This document shows, one piece after another, positions 28,933-45,210 of a stretch of 64,000 bases of DNA; the stretch's first letter is position 1; the number at the start of each line of letters is the position of its first letter. A program made the translations under genes and the position numbers. The stretch comes from Octopus vulgaris (taxonomy: Eukaryota). The notes below the pieces were generated by a model, which did no database searches, was not told the DNA's origin, and worked only from the letters and a program-made list of their open reading frames with translations. The stretch lies in NCBI GenBank assembly GCA_951406725.2, contig OX597825.1, positions 28,334,001-28,398,000 of the forward strand, read 5' to 3'.

Positions 28933-29180
28933 TGTTCCTTCTCGAACCATGCCAGGCTCATAAGGGCTGGTTTCCCGGTTTCAGTGGCGTAGAAATTCCC
29001 CAGCTGGATAGGACGCCTGTCCGTCGCAGGATTACTCATTTTCGCCAGTTGAGTGGACTGCAGCAACGTGAAATGAAGTGTTTTGCTCAAAAACACAACA
29101 CATCGCCCAGTCGAGGAATCGAAACTACAACCTTACGATCATGAGTTCAACACTCTAACCATTAAGCCACGCGCCTCCAC
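28933..29180 (-). mobile_element. tRNA-derived SINE family C with a 13-bp TSD
   Basis: Head ggaggcgcgtggcttaatggttag...tttcgattcc. The TSD tataacacataaa lies at 28920-28932 and 29183-29195. Confidence 0.85.
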
Positions 29181-29659
29181 AATATAACACATAAAACAGA
29201 AGTTTATTCTTCCCAACAAAACTTGACGACCACAAATCATATACGCATAAAGAAAACAATTGTACTGTCTTTCCTCATTAGTATCCAGTCACAATGCGGA
29301 CATATAAGCAAGCAGTTAAACCGCACAGAAATCGTAACTTTAACACAGTAACCAAATCCATATTGTGACGATAACTCATATTACACGTTGCTATCATGAA
29401 ATGAGAAAGAGATTTCACTCTTCGGCCATAATGGAGCATCAATTTGAACGGTTTTATCGAACAAATCGAATCTATTACTTACATAAATTCTACTAGGAAT
29501 AGGACTAGAGACTCATTAAGATTGCTACAAATGTAAAGATAAAACACTTACAAAAATCACCAATGCTTGAAACTGTAAGAATTCTCTGCAGTGTTCTTGA
29601 AGCATGATCAGTAAACAAATGTCACCTAAATCTGCTGGCTGTGGGCAGCTGAAATTTTC

Positions 29660-30485
<826 letters not shown>

Positions 30486-30504
30486 TAATAATAACCATAA
30501 TCTT

Positions 30505-30973
30505 TTCTACTGGAGGCGAAGGCCTCAAATTTGTGGGGAGAGGGCTAGTCGATTACATCGACCCAAGTGTTTCACTGGTACTAAATTTATCGACTCCGAA
30601 AGGATGAAGGGCAAAGGCTGAGGGTTAGAGTTAGGGTTCACCGTAACACTAACTCTCGGCGGATTTTGAACGCAGGACGTAGCGCCGGGGGAAATACTGT
30701 CACCATTTTGTCCAGCCTGCTAACGATTCTGCTTGCTCGCCGCCTTCATGATAATAATAATAATAATGGTTTCAAATTTGGCCACGAGGGCATTTGAGGG
30801 TGGGGGGGATGAGTCAATTATGTTGACCCCCAGAGTTCAACTGGTACTTATTTTATTGACCATGAAAGGATGAAAGGCAAAGTTGACCTCGGCAGAATTT
30901 GAACTCAGAACGTAGCGGTAGACTAAATACCGCTAAGCATTTCGCCCGGCGGGCTAAGAATTCTCGCCACCTT
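30505..30973 (-). mobile_element. Two SINE family B copies
   Basis: gaaaggatgaa.ggcaaag and ctcgccgcctt motifs each occur twice. Confidence 0.75.
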
Positions 30974-31765
<792 letters not shown>

Positions 31766-32032
31766 GTTAAATGAATATTCGAATCAGACATTAATCATTT
31801 AACTAATATCCCTTCACGGTGATTTTTTTTTTGTTTTTTTTTAAATGTTTCAAAAATATAAAAGAATTCAGTTTTAGGTTATAATGGTGTCTGCGCAGGC
31901 ATCAAAACATTTGTTAGGAAACTTGCATTCTTCTACTATTATATTCTTCTAATCTTTTTTCTTCTTCGTCCTATGATGATGATTATGATAGTTGTTGATG
32001 ATGGCGTTCATTGTCGTCATCATCATCGTCGA

Positions 32033-32066
<34 letters not shown>

Positions 32067-32877
32067 GCCAACGGTAAGAAATCCTATTATGTCAGTGGAA
32101 GCACACAATATGCCAGAATATGCCAGGCTACTAAGAATTTCTTAGGCCTTTAGGACAGACGATTTCATAGTGTTTCAAGAATTCCAGACATTACTTTTCT
32201 CAATAATGCTACGACGATTCTACACTACACAGTCTTCTTCTCTATGTTCCAACGAAATTCTTCTATCGATTTAGTTCCTTTAATTAACTTGCACGCTTGT
32301 CTTTCAAATTCTTTCATTCAAGACAACCAATAGACATTTCACACAGTATTTTCGTCGTGCCTTATCTTCCTTTGATGCTTTTCAAAGGGTAATTGTTAGT
32401 AATTTCACATTTTCAATTGCTTTTCACCTTTTTTTTTTTCCTTCTTCGATTTTGTTTTTGCATTTCTCACAGGGACACAGCATATCGATAATTCATATCT
32501 TTGCGGTTTGCTATTTCCTAAAATTATATATAGCCGTTAGGCTGAAATGCACTAACGTATGTCGTAATAAAAATCGCAAAGCAGTTACTCATTCCTTTAT
32601 CTCCAGTACAGTCGCCTATCTTATCTAGTTTTAAATGGAATATTTCTAAACTAACTCATCGTTTTACCGAAATACTCCTATGACTCATAATGTATTACAG
32701 ATTTTTAAAAAATATCATCGTCTTTCCGCATATATCTTACTTAGATGCAAGAAAGTAGGGGTTATTTCTAGTCCTTTCTTCTCTAACCAGCTGCAATAAG
32801 TTTCTTCCGTCTACCCCACTTTCTCCAAAATTCTATATATCTGTTATTATTCTCGTCCGACATATTAACGACAGAGC

Positions 32878-32926
<49 letters not shown>

Positions 32927-32939
32927 TATGTATGCATGA

Positions 32940-32970
<31 letters not shown>

Positions 32971-33000
32971 CATGAATATATATATATATATATATATATA

Positions 33001-33199
33001 GGTGCAGGAGTGGCTGTGTGGTAAGTAGCTTGCTTACCAACCACATGGTTCCGGGTTCAGTCCCACTGCGTGGCATCTTGGGCAAGTGTCTTCTGCTATA
33101 GCCCCGGGCCGATCAATGCCTTGTGAGTGGATTTGGTAGACGGAAGCTGAAAGAAGCCTGTCGTATATATATATATATATAGATATATATATATATATT

Positions 33200-33231
<32 letters not shown>

Positions 33232-33489
33232 TGTATGTATGTATGTATGTATGTATGTGTTTATATGTTTGTGTGTCTGTGTTTGTCCCCCTAGCATTGC
33301 TTGACAACCGATGCTGGTGTGTTTACGTTCCCGTCACTTAGCGGTTCGGCAAAAGAGACCGATAGAATAAGTACTGGGCTTATAAAGGATGAAAGGCAAA
33401 GTTGGGGTCGATTTGCTCGACTAAAGGCGGTGCTCCAGCATGGCCGCAGTCAAATGACTGAAACAAGTAAAGGAGTAAAAGAGTAAAGA

Positions 33490-33490
<1 letters not shown>
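33001..33490 (+). mobile_element. SINE family A, full length
   Basis: A-box-like gtggctgtgtggt, B-box-like gggttcagtcc, internal (TA)/(TATG)n and a gtaaaagag tail. Confidence 0.92.
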
Positions 33491-33537
<47 letters not shown>

Positions 33538-33575
33538 TCTTTACTCTTTTACTCCTTTACTTGTTTCAGTCATTT

Positions 33576-34198
<623 letters not shown>

Positions 34199-34732
34199 AT
34201 GTATATATGCAACTTATTCACAGCTTAATCACGTACTTTATAGATATAAAAAAATATCTATGTTGATACTTATTCCACTTCAATGATTTTTAATTATAAA
34301 ATGCTTGAAACATAACTAAAAATTATACGTATACAGACACCATTTTTGATATTTTTCTTTACGTTTCATTGCTTGAGGCTTGACCACTTCATATTTAACC
34401 AATAACAGTTAGCAACAAAGAATAAACTATTCGCAATACGCTCCAACAAGGGACCACTATTTTTAGTTCACCAGATTTCACTTCGACTCAGTAAATCTTT
34501 TGTGAATATATAGCTTCACATTTCTTTCTTTCCTTTTTTTTTTATCACGGATCAGTATTAATAAGCATTTGCATAATATTACGTTACTGCATGTAGGTAA
34601 TCACTGGTGAAACAAACTGCAATACAAAGTACACACATCCATTTATTCATACACACACATTCACACACACACACACGCATATACTTACTTGGAAATGGAT
34701 GCATCGCGTTCAGTTAAATAATAAATGTTAAA

Positions 34733-34817
<85 letters not shown>

Positions 34818-34978
34818 GATAAGAAATGGAGCTATAATTAACAATGAGAATTGGATCATTGTTGTTTTAACGTCATTGTTTAATTAAATTAAATTAGGAG
34901 TATGTTTACAGTTGTTTCTATTTATCAAAATGGGGTAAATTTGTATTTACCTCGTTACAATTGATATCACAACTTTAG

Positions 34979-35037
<59 letters not shown>

Positions 35038-35087
35038 CATATATATATATGTGTGTGTTTGTGTGTGTGTGTATAAGACAAGGTAAA

Positions 35088-35125
35088 TTTTTACTGTTTC
35101 GGGCCTTATTGGGCTCTCATCAAAG
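35088..35125 (-). ncRNA. Degenerate hammerhead-like motif
   Basis: tt-TTGATGA-gagcc(caata)aggccc-GAAA-ca-GTA-aa. Confidence 0.4.
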
Positions 35126-35439
35126 GTGTGTACATCATCTGAACCAATCTCCGAGAAAGAAAAAGTCTGTCTGTTTATGTACACAACAAATCGAGAATCT
35201 AGAGAGAACTGGAGTTACTAATTTGCTTACCGTGTTTAATACTTTAATTACTATCAGCGCCTTGTCGATGGGGTATCTTAATCCGCATATATATATGAAC
35301 GTGTGTATGTGTGTGTGTTTGTATGTGTGTGTGTGTGTGATTATGTGTATGTGTGTGTGTTTGTATGTGTCTGTGTGATTATGTGTATGTGTGTGAGTGT
35401 GTGTGTGTGTGTGTATCTCTTTGTGAGTGTGTATCTGTA

Positions 35440-35683
35440 TGTGTGTGTCTTTGTCTGTGCTTGACCCTCCCCCACTTTACCCTATCTTACACTGCTTGAC
35501 AACTTCTGCTGCTTCGTTGACTCCCCCTCCCTAACTTAGCGATTCGGCAAAGGAGACCGATAGAATATGTACTGGGCTTACAAAGAATAAGTCCCGGGGT
35601 CGATTTGCTCGACTAAAGGCGGTGCTCCAGCATGGCCGCAGTCAAATGACTGAAACAAGTAAAAGAGTAAAGAGTAAAAGAGT
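35440..35683 (+). mobile_element. SINE family A, 3' half
   Basis: cttagcgattcggcaaaggagaccgatagaat...ccagcatggccgcagtcaaatgactgaaacaagtaaaagag. Confidence 0.88.
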
Positions 35684-36304
35684 ATCTGAAGTGAGCACAG
35701 AGAGCTCAGGCGAGCACAGGAAAGCGCTAAAAGCACCGACGAAGACCAGAAAAAAAATTGACCCCATGGGACTTACCATTTTAAAACGAAGGGAAGAATG
35801 AAAATGAAAAGAAAAGCGTCTGGAAATTTGTATTATAGTAAAAATATTAAATTTACATTTACCTGACTTTTATTTTCGCAGTTATAAATCATGTATTGAG
35901 AAAACGAAGATAACTTTTTACAAAAAAAAAAAAATTCTACTTTCCCTTCTGTCGACACGTATACACAAAACTATTTAGAACTGCAATTCAATTGAAAGAT
36001 AATTAATTTTAAAAAATTTAATTACATAAAACTAGTTTTTTCTTCTTTATTTTATTTATTTTTCACACGAGCAATATATCATAGGTTATTCTCATAAATT
36101 TTGTTTGCCCATTTATTAAGCTAAAGAAAGTCAGAAAAGTCACAATTCCACTCCGCTCAGTCAATGAACTCAACGTGATCGCAATGTAGAATGTTGTTTT
36201 GCGTCTTCACTGAAGCATTTCATAAAATACTTTCCGTGCCTATCTTGGACTCTCATTCACTTTTTCTCTCTATCGCTCTGTCTGTCCCTATCTATCTATC
36301 TCTC

Positions 36305-36359
<55 letters not shown>

Positions 36360-36589
36360 CACTCTATCCTTTACCCTCCTTTACTTGTTCCACTCATTAG
36401 ACTGCGGCCATCCAAGTACGCCACCATACAGATTTTAGTCGATTGAATTGACCTAGTTCTTATTAAGCCTTACACTTATTCCATCGGTTGTTTTTCTCGA
36501 ACCTCTAAGTTACGGGGATGTAAGCACAAGCTTGTTACAGGTGATGTTACATAATGTTAAACGTTTGTTACATAATGTTAAACGGCACC

Positions 36590-37110
36590 ATTCTTGGATC
36601 ATTCGCGGAGGACGACGAGTCCAACAACCGAGAGCAGGACATCATCCAAAGAAGATCATGTTGAGTGCATGGTGGGATATTAAAGGAATAAACCATTATG
36701 AACCGTTGGACAGCAACCAAACAATTAAGCTAATCTTTACTGTGAGCAACTTCGTTGTTTGAAAACAGTTCTGAGCCAAAAGCGAGCATCCTTGGTTAAC
36801 AGAAAGGGTGTCATCTTCCACCACGATAATGCTCGTCCTCACACAGCTCGACTGATAAAAACTCTCTTGGAAAATTTGGAAATACTGCCTTATTCTGCAT
36901 GTTCTCCTGAACTTGCTCCTTCTGATAACCATTTATTCCGAGGACTACAGAACCATTTTGACGGGTTAGGTTAACAAGAAGAGAAGCGATTGAAAATGAG
37001 TTGGATTCATATTTTGGTTCTAAACCTACAGAATTTTACAAGCGAGGCATTTATAAGATTGTTGAAAGATGGAATGAGGTCATTGAAAGCAATGATGAGT
37101 ATGTTAATGA
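36590..37110 (+). pseudogene. Mariner transposase C-terminal fragment, copy 1
   Basis: HPKKIMLSAWWDIKGINHYE, frameshift, then HHDNARPH...PYSACSPELAPSDNHLFR. Confidence 0.9.
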
Positions 37111-37405
37111 ATAAGTATATACATAATCATTGGCTTTTTTTTCTTCTTTATTTTATTTATTTTTCACACGAGCAATATATCATAGGTTATTCTCATAAAT
37201 TTTGTTTGCCCATTTATTAAGCTAAAGAAAGTCAGAAAAGTCACAATTCCACTCCGCTCAGTCAATGAACTCAACGTGATCGCAATGTAGAATGTTGTTT
37301 TGCGTCTTCACTGAAGCATTTCATAAAATACTTTCCGTGCCTATCTTGGACTCTCATTCACTTTTTCTCTCTATCGCTCTGTCTGTCCCTATCTATCTAT
37401 CTCTC

Positions 37406-37460
<55 letters not shown>

Positions 37461-37690
37461 CACTCTATCCTTTACCCTCCTTTACTTGTTCCACTCATTA
37501 GACTGCGGCCATCCAAGTACGCCACCATACAGATTTTAGTCGATTGAATTGACCTAGTTCTTATTAAGCCTTACACTTATTCCATCGGTTGTTTTTCTCG
37601 AACCTCTAAGTTACGGGGATGTAAGCACAAGCTTGTTACAGGTGATGTTACATAATGTTAAACGTTTGTTACATAATGTTAAACGGCACC

Positions 37691-38211
37691 ATTCTTGGAT
37701 CATTCGCGGAGGACGACGAGTCCAACAACCGAGAGCAGGACATCATCCAAAGAAGATCATGTTGAGTGCATGGTGGGATATTAAAGGAATAAACCATTAT
37801 GAACCGTTGGACAGCAACCAAACAATTAAGCTAATCTTTACTGTGAGCAACTTCGTTGTTTGAAAACAGTTCTGAGCCAAAAGCGAGCATCCTTGGTTAA
37901 CAGAAAGGGTGTCATCTTCCACCACGATAATGCTCGTCCTCACACAGCTCGACTGATAAAAACTCTCTTGGAAAATTTGGAAATACTGCCTTATTCTGCA
38001 TGTTCTCCTGAACTTGCTCCTTCTGATAACCATTTATTCCGAGGACTACAGAACCATTTTGACGGGTTAGGTTAACAAGAAGAGAAGCGATTGAAAATGA
38101 GTTGGATTCATATTTTGGTTCTAAACCTACAGAATTTTACAAGCGAGGCATTTATAAGATTGTTGAAAGATGGAATGAGGTCATTGAAAGCAATGATGAG
38201 TATGTTAATGA
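37691..38211 (+). pseudogene. Mariner transposase C-terminal fragment, copy 2
   Basis: Appears identical to copy 1. Confidence 0.9.
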
Positions 38212-39309
38212 ATAAGTATATACATAATCATTGGCTTATTCATTTTTACCTTAGATCTTTATATCGGACATTACTTATGCACCAACCGGATATATGTATC
38301 TATGTATAAATATGTGTGTGTGTGTGTTTGTGTGTATTTACTCACATATATACAAATATATATATACACACATACACACATATATGTATGTACGTATGTA
38401 TGTATGTACGACGAGATTTTTTCTACTTCCGTCTACTAAATCCACTCACAAGGGTTTCGTTGACCCGAGGCAGTACTAGCAGACACTTGAGCAAGATGCC
38501 AGGTAGTGGCGTGGAACGGAGCCCAACAAGAACCATACAGTTGGGAAGAAAATTTCTTACCTCACAGCCACTCATGAGCTTATTTATATTCATGAGCTTA
38601 TTTATAAACTACGTTTATCAGTACACGTGTCTGTGGAGTGCTAGCCGTTCTGTTGGTCGGATCAAATATATATATTAGCCGTGTTTACTGATGGTTGACA
38701 GGGCTAACTCGATTGGGTTATCTTTTCTATGTTTCGTAACTCATTCTTTACTAGGGTCTCTATTCAGATTCCAGACCATTTTCGTCGATGGAACTTTGTC
38801 GTATCACAGATTGCTGTCTGTTTGCCGAGAACAATGCATGCCAAAATTTTCTTCAGGTGTGAATTTCTGAAAGCATATCCCGAACATTTACAGTCAACAT
38901 TCATCGGATTATATAGATGAGGATAAGAATAAAAACATAACTCCAATAATACGGGACAGGATAAAAACTCTGAAATTGGGGTTCTAAAATGCCTCACTAC
39001 TACTGAGCCATACCTCAACATACATGCAACAAAATTCACAGGAATGGTTTTTCAACGTCTCAGACAACCATTTCAAAATTCATAAACATTTTTTTTTTTC
39101 ATAAATAATTCTTAATTTATAATATAAAATCTAAATATATTTATAAAGATTCAGCTTAAACGAAAAAATGTATTAATTTAGAAACTACTAAATACCATAT
39201 AATATGGAAAATCATATTGAATACACACTACACACATACACATTATATGTAAGTATACATACATAGCTACATATATATAAATTTACACACACTTATATGT
39301 ATATATATA

Positions 39310-39366
<57 letters not shown>

Positions 39367-39561
39367 ATAGAGAGAGACAGACAGACAGAGATAGTTAGAT
39401 ATAGATATATTTAGTGTGTGTGCGAGATTTTGTCTATTTTATATTACTTATATCAAATCTAAAGATAAAGCTAAGTAAATATGATCACATCTTGTTTATG
39501 TTTTCTTCGCCAGGAATATTGAAAAATATTTAAGTAGGTCTGTTGTACTGTTGGCGAGCAA

Positions 39562-39601
<40 letters not shown>

Positions 39602-39649
39602 GAATATACAAAATACACACAAACACAAATATATATTCACACACACCCT

Positions 39650-39709
<60 letters not shown>

Positions 39710-40004
39710 TATATGTGTGTGTTTGTGTAATGAACCACTTCATTATGACGACCAATATAAAGAAATTTAATTTCATAAAATACAGTCTGAAATTTAATTC
39801 AATTTAGGGGAAATGTACATTTCTTAATGCCTTATTGGCAAAGAGAACAGCCACATAAGAAATTTTCAACATACTTTTTACTTTTCCCCATCTCCTCTCC
39901 TCTCTCTCTCTCCTTCTTCGTTCTTCCTCCCCTTCTCTTTCGCTCCTTCTACCGTTTCCCTTCTTTCTCTCCCACTCTGTGTGTCTGACTCACGCACCCA
40001 TTGT

Positions 40005-40037
<33 letters not shown>

Positions 40038-40280
40038 GCTCGCTCATTCTCTTCCCTCTCTCTTTCTTTCTTTATACACATCTATATTAACAGGTTAAAC
40101 AATAGAGACAGCGATGAATAGATATATCCACACACACACAGACAGACACTCACGAACACACTCATACACACACACACACACACACACAGACACTCACGAA
40201 CACACTCATACACACACACTTACTCACACAATCATACACATACACCCGCACAGCTACAGTAACGCACACACTCATAGACA

Positions 40281-40332
<52 letters not shown>

Positions 40333-40336
<4 letters not shown>

Positions 40337-41162
40337 ATGCCGAGTGCTGGGAACACAAAAAGGGGATGAATTTATCGAGAGTGAAAATCAAAAACGTTTA
40401 CCGATAACTTTTACAACTCGAACCGCGGTTTCTGCTTCTTTCTAGCAAAACACGGAATATGTTTGCTAAGGCTAGCTTCATCAGCGAGTCGCCTAAATCG
40501 GTAAACGTTTTTGATTTTCACTCTCGATAAATTCATCCCCTTTTTGTGTTCCCAGCACTCGGCATCTTAATTTAGGAGCCCTTAATTGTATAACTACATG
40601 AATAATATTTTTCTATATGAATAATATTTTTTGTCTTATGACTAATTCGTCTTTTGTGCTGGGCACCTGGTAGTAACTAATATTACTACCCTTCTTGTTT
40701 ATATTCGCATATTACATGATGGATTTATTCGTAAAATTCTTCCCGGCATGCCCGATACTGCCGTGTAAGGTTTTGCGTCTGCGCAGAGATTTGAAAAGTT
40801 AAGATCTGCTAGTAGTCGGGTTCAACACATGGTCCCGCATCGCTGCAGACCTCGATTAAATTTAGGCGACTCGCTGATGAAGCTAGCCTTAGCAAACATA
40901 TTCCGTGTTTTGCTAGAAAGAAGCAGAAACCGCGGTTCGAGTTGTAAAAGTTATCGGTAAACGTTTTTGATTTTCACTCTCGATAAATTCATCCCCTTTT
41001 TGTGTTCCCAGCACTCGGCATCTTAATTTAGGAGCCCTTAATTGTATAACTACATGAATAATATTTTTCTATATGAATAATATTTTTGTCTTATGACTAA
41101 TTCGTCTTTTGTGCTGGGCACCTGGTAGTAAATAATATTACTACCCTTCTTGTTTATATTCG

Positions 41163-41163
<1 letters not shown>
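40333..41163 (+). mobile_element. Non-autonomous Penelope-like element with inverted plus tandem pseudo-LTRs, inserted in (TA)n
   Basis: 40333-40498 is the reverse complement of ~40860-41025; 40497-40708 is directly repeated at 40953-41163; HHRs lie at 40867-40944 (+) and 40414-40491 (-). Confidence 0.85.
40867..40944 (+). ncRNA. Type I hammerhead ribozyme with long stem II and palindromic stem III
   Basis: Stem I cgactcg/cgagttg; CTGATGA at 40874-40880; stem II includes tagcaaacat/gtgttttgcta; GAAA at 40926-40929; palindrome aaccgcggtt; predicted cleavage after GUU at 40937. Confidence 0.8.
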
Positions 41164-41217
<54 letters not shown>

Positions 41218-41486
41218 TGCCTGTTTGCCTATTTCCTTACACTCACAAACGCACAAATTGTTTCCTAAATAACATTTTCCTTATATTTCCACGAATAATT
41301 GCATCTATGTAACATAAACTCACTCTAAACTCATCTCCATTAATATTTCTATCTTTCTATACACTTATCTATCAATCATTTACGTATATAGTTATAAACT
41401 TATCATCCTATATATGTGTATACATGCATGCATATTTATGTATGTGTATATACAGGTATATAAATAAATATATATCGATATATATA

Positions 41487-41878
41487 CTCTGTTACTCTTT
41501 TACTTGCTTCAGTCAATAACTCTGGCCATGCTAGAGCACCGTCTTTTAGTCGAGCAAATCGACCAAGGGACTTATTCTTTGTAAGCCTAGTACTTATTCT
41601 ATGGGTCCCTTTTGCCGAACCACTAAGTTACGGGGACGTAAACACACCAGTATCAGTTGTCAAGTGATGTTGGGGGTACAAACACAGACACACAAACACA
41701 CACACATATAGACATATAAACGACGGGCTTCTTTCAGTTTCCGTGTACCAAATCTACTCACAAGGCTTTGATCGGCCCGAGGCTATAGTACAAGACACCT
41801 AGCCAAGATGCCACGGGCTGAACGCGGAACCATATGGTTGGTAAGCAAGCTACTTACCACACAGCCACTCCTGCGCCT
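41487..41878 (-). mobile_element. SINE family A, full length
   Basis: Family A sequence reversed, ending ccactcctgcgcct. Confidence 0.9.
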
Positions 41879-41893
41879 ATATGTATGTGTATA

Positions 41894-41965
<72 letters not shown>

Positions 41966-42271
41966 CATTTATATATGCAAATATACATAGTAGTGCATTA
42001 GTAGATTAATTTACAGAATTGTATTACCAACTAAATTTCAAATATTTAAAACGCAATAATTATTGCTCACTCCTAGTTGTTTATTCATAAGCCTATCTAC
42101 CAATCTGCCTGTTTATATAACTATCTCCATGTAAACAGACACAAACTAACGGCCGGCGCTCACATATATAGTAGATATAAATTTATATATATGTCTGTGT
42201 TTGTCTTTGTGTGTGTGTGTAGATATATGTATGTGTATACATATATACATATATATATGTGACATATTACA

Positions 42272-42312
<41 letters not shown>

Positions 42313-42372
42313 TTATCTACAGATATATATATATATATACATGTATATATATGTATATATATACACACACAC

Positions 42373-42433
<61 letters not shown>

Positions 42434-42586
42434 CATATACATGCATATACATATATCTTTTTTGCACATTTACATTTACAACTGAAAGTTATATTTATTC
42501 ATAAAATCTTTGAATGTAAAATTAATGAAAATCTTCTCAACTGTGAAGAAATATATATCCATATATATACACATTTATATGCATAC

Positions 42587-42620
<34 letters not shown>

Positions 42621-43504
42621 GTGTGTATATATATATGTATATATATATATACATACATACACATACAGATATATATAAATTCACTTCTGCATATATACAT
42701 ATACACACTCATACATATATATATTTATATATATATATATACACACACATTGTCCCTTAACCAGGAGTGTATGATAAACTCCATCTTCTATCAGGCAGAC
42801 ACCACAGAGGTATCCCAAGTGAAAGAAAGATTACATCGTTTAATGTATAATGATTTCCCAATTCGTTATGCAAACAACCCATGTTCTTTTCGTCATATCG
42901 ACAACAGTAAAGCCAATACTTTGACTAGCAACATATGAAGTTTGAAGACCAGCTATACACCACATGCAATCCAGTGAAGAATCGAAGAAATCTATGCCAT
43001 ATGTAAACAGATCTCTAAGATACGCATCTTATTGTTAGCTGAAAGATTGCATATTCTTTTTAGATCCAAGAATTCTCCCTAAAATCATAATTACAGGTAT
43101 GAAATTTTCAGCAAATGCATGCTTATTAGCAAATTTCCCCTGTCGAACTAAAGGACTCCACACCCTTCAGATTGAGTAGCTGTCTCTCAGACGTTGGGCT
43201 CTTCTCCGTTGAAGTATCCTACAACAGCAATAAATTGAAATTAATATTGTCTTTTATAATGTCCAGTGAAAAGAACGTTCAGTAAACTTATGAAATGCAG
43301 ATGCTTAAAATTTGCAGCATGCGTAGAAATAAAGAATTGGTATCCGGCGTCATTTAGATCGAGAATAGAAAACGACTGCTACTTCAGAAGACGAGAAACT
43401 GATGAACAAGACAAATTAAGAGAATCGTGGTGCAGCATCTTGTTTTCGAAACTTGGTGGAACAAGCGCTTCGTAAAATATAAACTGACTGATTGATGCGT
43501 TTTC

Positions 43505-43921
43505 TTATTTCGTTACTGCTCACAAGTGGCTACACACAGAGGGGACTAACAAGGACAGACAAACGGATTAAGCCGATTATATAGACCCAGTGAGTAACTG
43601 GTACTTATTTAATCGACCCCGAAAAGATGAAAGGCAAAGTCAACCTCGGCGGAATTTGAACTTAGAACGCAGCGGTGGACGAAATACCTATTTCTATACT
43701 ACCTACAAGCGGTTAAACACAGAGGGGACGAACAAGGACAGACAAACGGATTAAGCCGATTATATAGACCCAGTGCGTAACTGGTACTTATTTAATCGAC
43801 CCCGAAAAGATGAAAGGCAAAGTCAACCTCGGCGGAATTTGAACTTAGAACGTAGCGGCAGACTAAATACTGCTAAGCATTTCGCCCGGCGTGCTAACGT
43901 CTCTGCCAGCTCGCCGCCTTG
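43505..43921 (-). mobile_element. SINE family B, head-to-tail dimer
   Basis: Two ~180-bp units with a single head ...ctcgccgcctt. Confidence 0.88.
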
Positions 43922-44773
43922 ATGAATTTTCTTATGACCATACATGTATTACAGCTGCAGCTCCTAAATTACCATACTATATTTATGCAAATTTTATCAC
44001 CCGTATAGTGTCGAGCTGTGGTCCTGCTGAATTACCAAGTTTATACACCTCAGAAGGCAAGTTAACTTTCAAACAGTACAAGAGCTTCCTCAAATTTGCA
44101 TGAATTTGCTTCTAGAAGCATGACACATCAAAAGCTACCTCAAAATCACAATTGAGCATTTGAAATAACATTATTTGTAGCTAGGAAAAAACAACATTAC
44201 AGACTTTAGAAATTTTATGACTTATAAATTTCAGAGGCGGTACTATGATTTAATGAGCAGCCTTCTCGTACGACTTAAGGGACTTTATAATTTTTACAGG
44301 TGTTTGCGTCATGGACAGCAATCAAACAAAAACACGACAGATGCAAACCAATGACCATAATCGAATGAAGTTTAAGATAATCAATTGAGTTACAGGAAAT
44401 GTTTCAGTAACTGCTCGCTCGTGTGATCCTTTTTCAATATGCAGGGGAAATTACCAGAAATTATGACAAACAACTATTATATAAAAGTCAAAAATCTGAA
44501 CATCGACGGAATCGTGATGGACAAGTCAATAATGAAATAAAAATCTTATTTGCATGCTGCGCGAATAATACGATGTTCTTTGGCAACGAAGTGTGAATCT
44601 TTGGAACAAATATCTGAAAATGATAGGGGTTATAACTCCATCCAGTAACATTGAATCTTCTGGTATGATCAGATCAACCTTGGAGCATTATATGAAAACT
44701 GTAGATCATTGAGTTGCAAAAAAACCTACACATGTCATTTCATGATAAAGGGTCATTTCTGTGATGGGGACAT

Positions 44774-44991
44774 ACTCTTTTACTCTTACACTCTTTTATT
44801 TGTTTCAGTCATTTGACTGCGGCCATGCTGGAGCACCGCCTTTTGTCGAGCAAATCGACCCCAGGACTTATTCTTTGTAAGCCCAGTACTTATTCTATCG
44901 GTCTCTTTTGTCGAACCGCTAAGTTACGGGGACATGAACACACCGGCATCGGTTGTCAATCGATTTTGGGGGTACAAACACAGACACACAA

Positions 44992-45046
<55 letters not shown>

Positions 45047-45210
45047 CACGACAGGCTTCTTTCAGTTTCCGTCTACCAAATCCACTCACAAGGCTTTGGT
45101 CGGCCCGAGGCTATAGTAGAAGACACTTGCCCAAAGTGCCACGCAGTGGGACTGAACCCGGAACCATGTGGTTGGTAAGCAAGATACTTACCACACAGCC
45201 ACTCCTGCTC
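44774..45210 (-). mobile_element. SINE family A, full length
   Basis: Family A sequence reversed, with internal (TA)n. Confidence 0.92.

Larger units (their letters stand above)
36036..38237 (+). repeat. Tandem duplication of a 1101-bp unit
   Basis: ORF pairs offset by exactly 1101 (36191/37292, 36759/37860) encode identical peptides. Confidence 0.95.

Noticed and set aside
38690-39090. Non-repetitive stretch as a host exon
   Set aside because: No recognisable protein motif or clear splice-site pair in any frame read.
42760-44770. Possible decayed large DNA-transposon ORF (LHAARIIRC at ~44550) or host exons
   Set aside because: Only one short motif amid many stops; it needs tBLASTx or HMM support.
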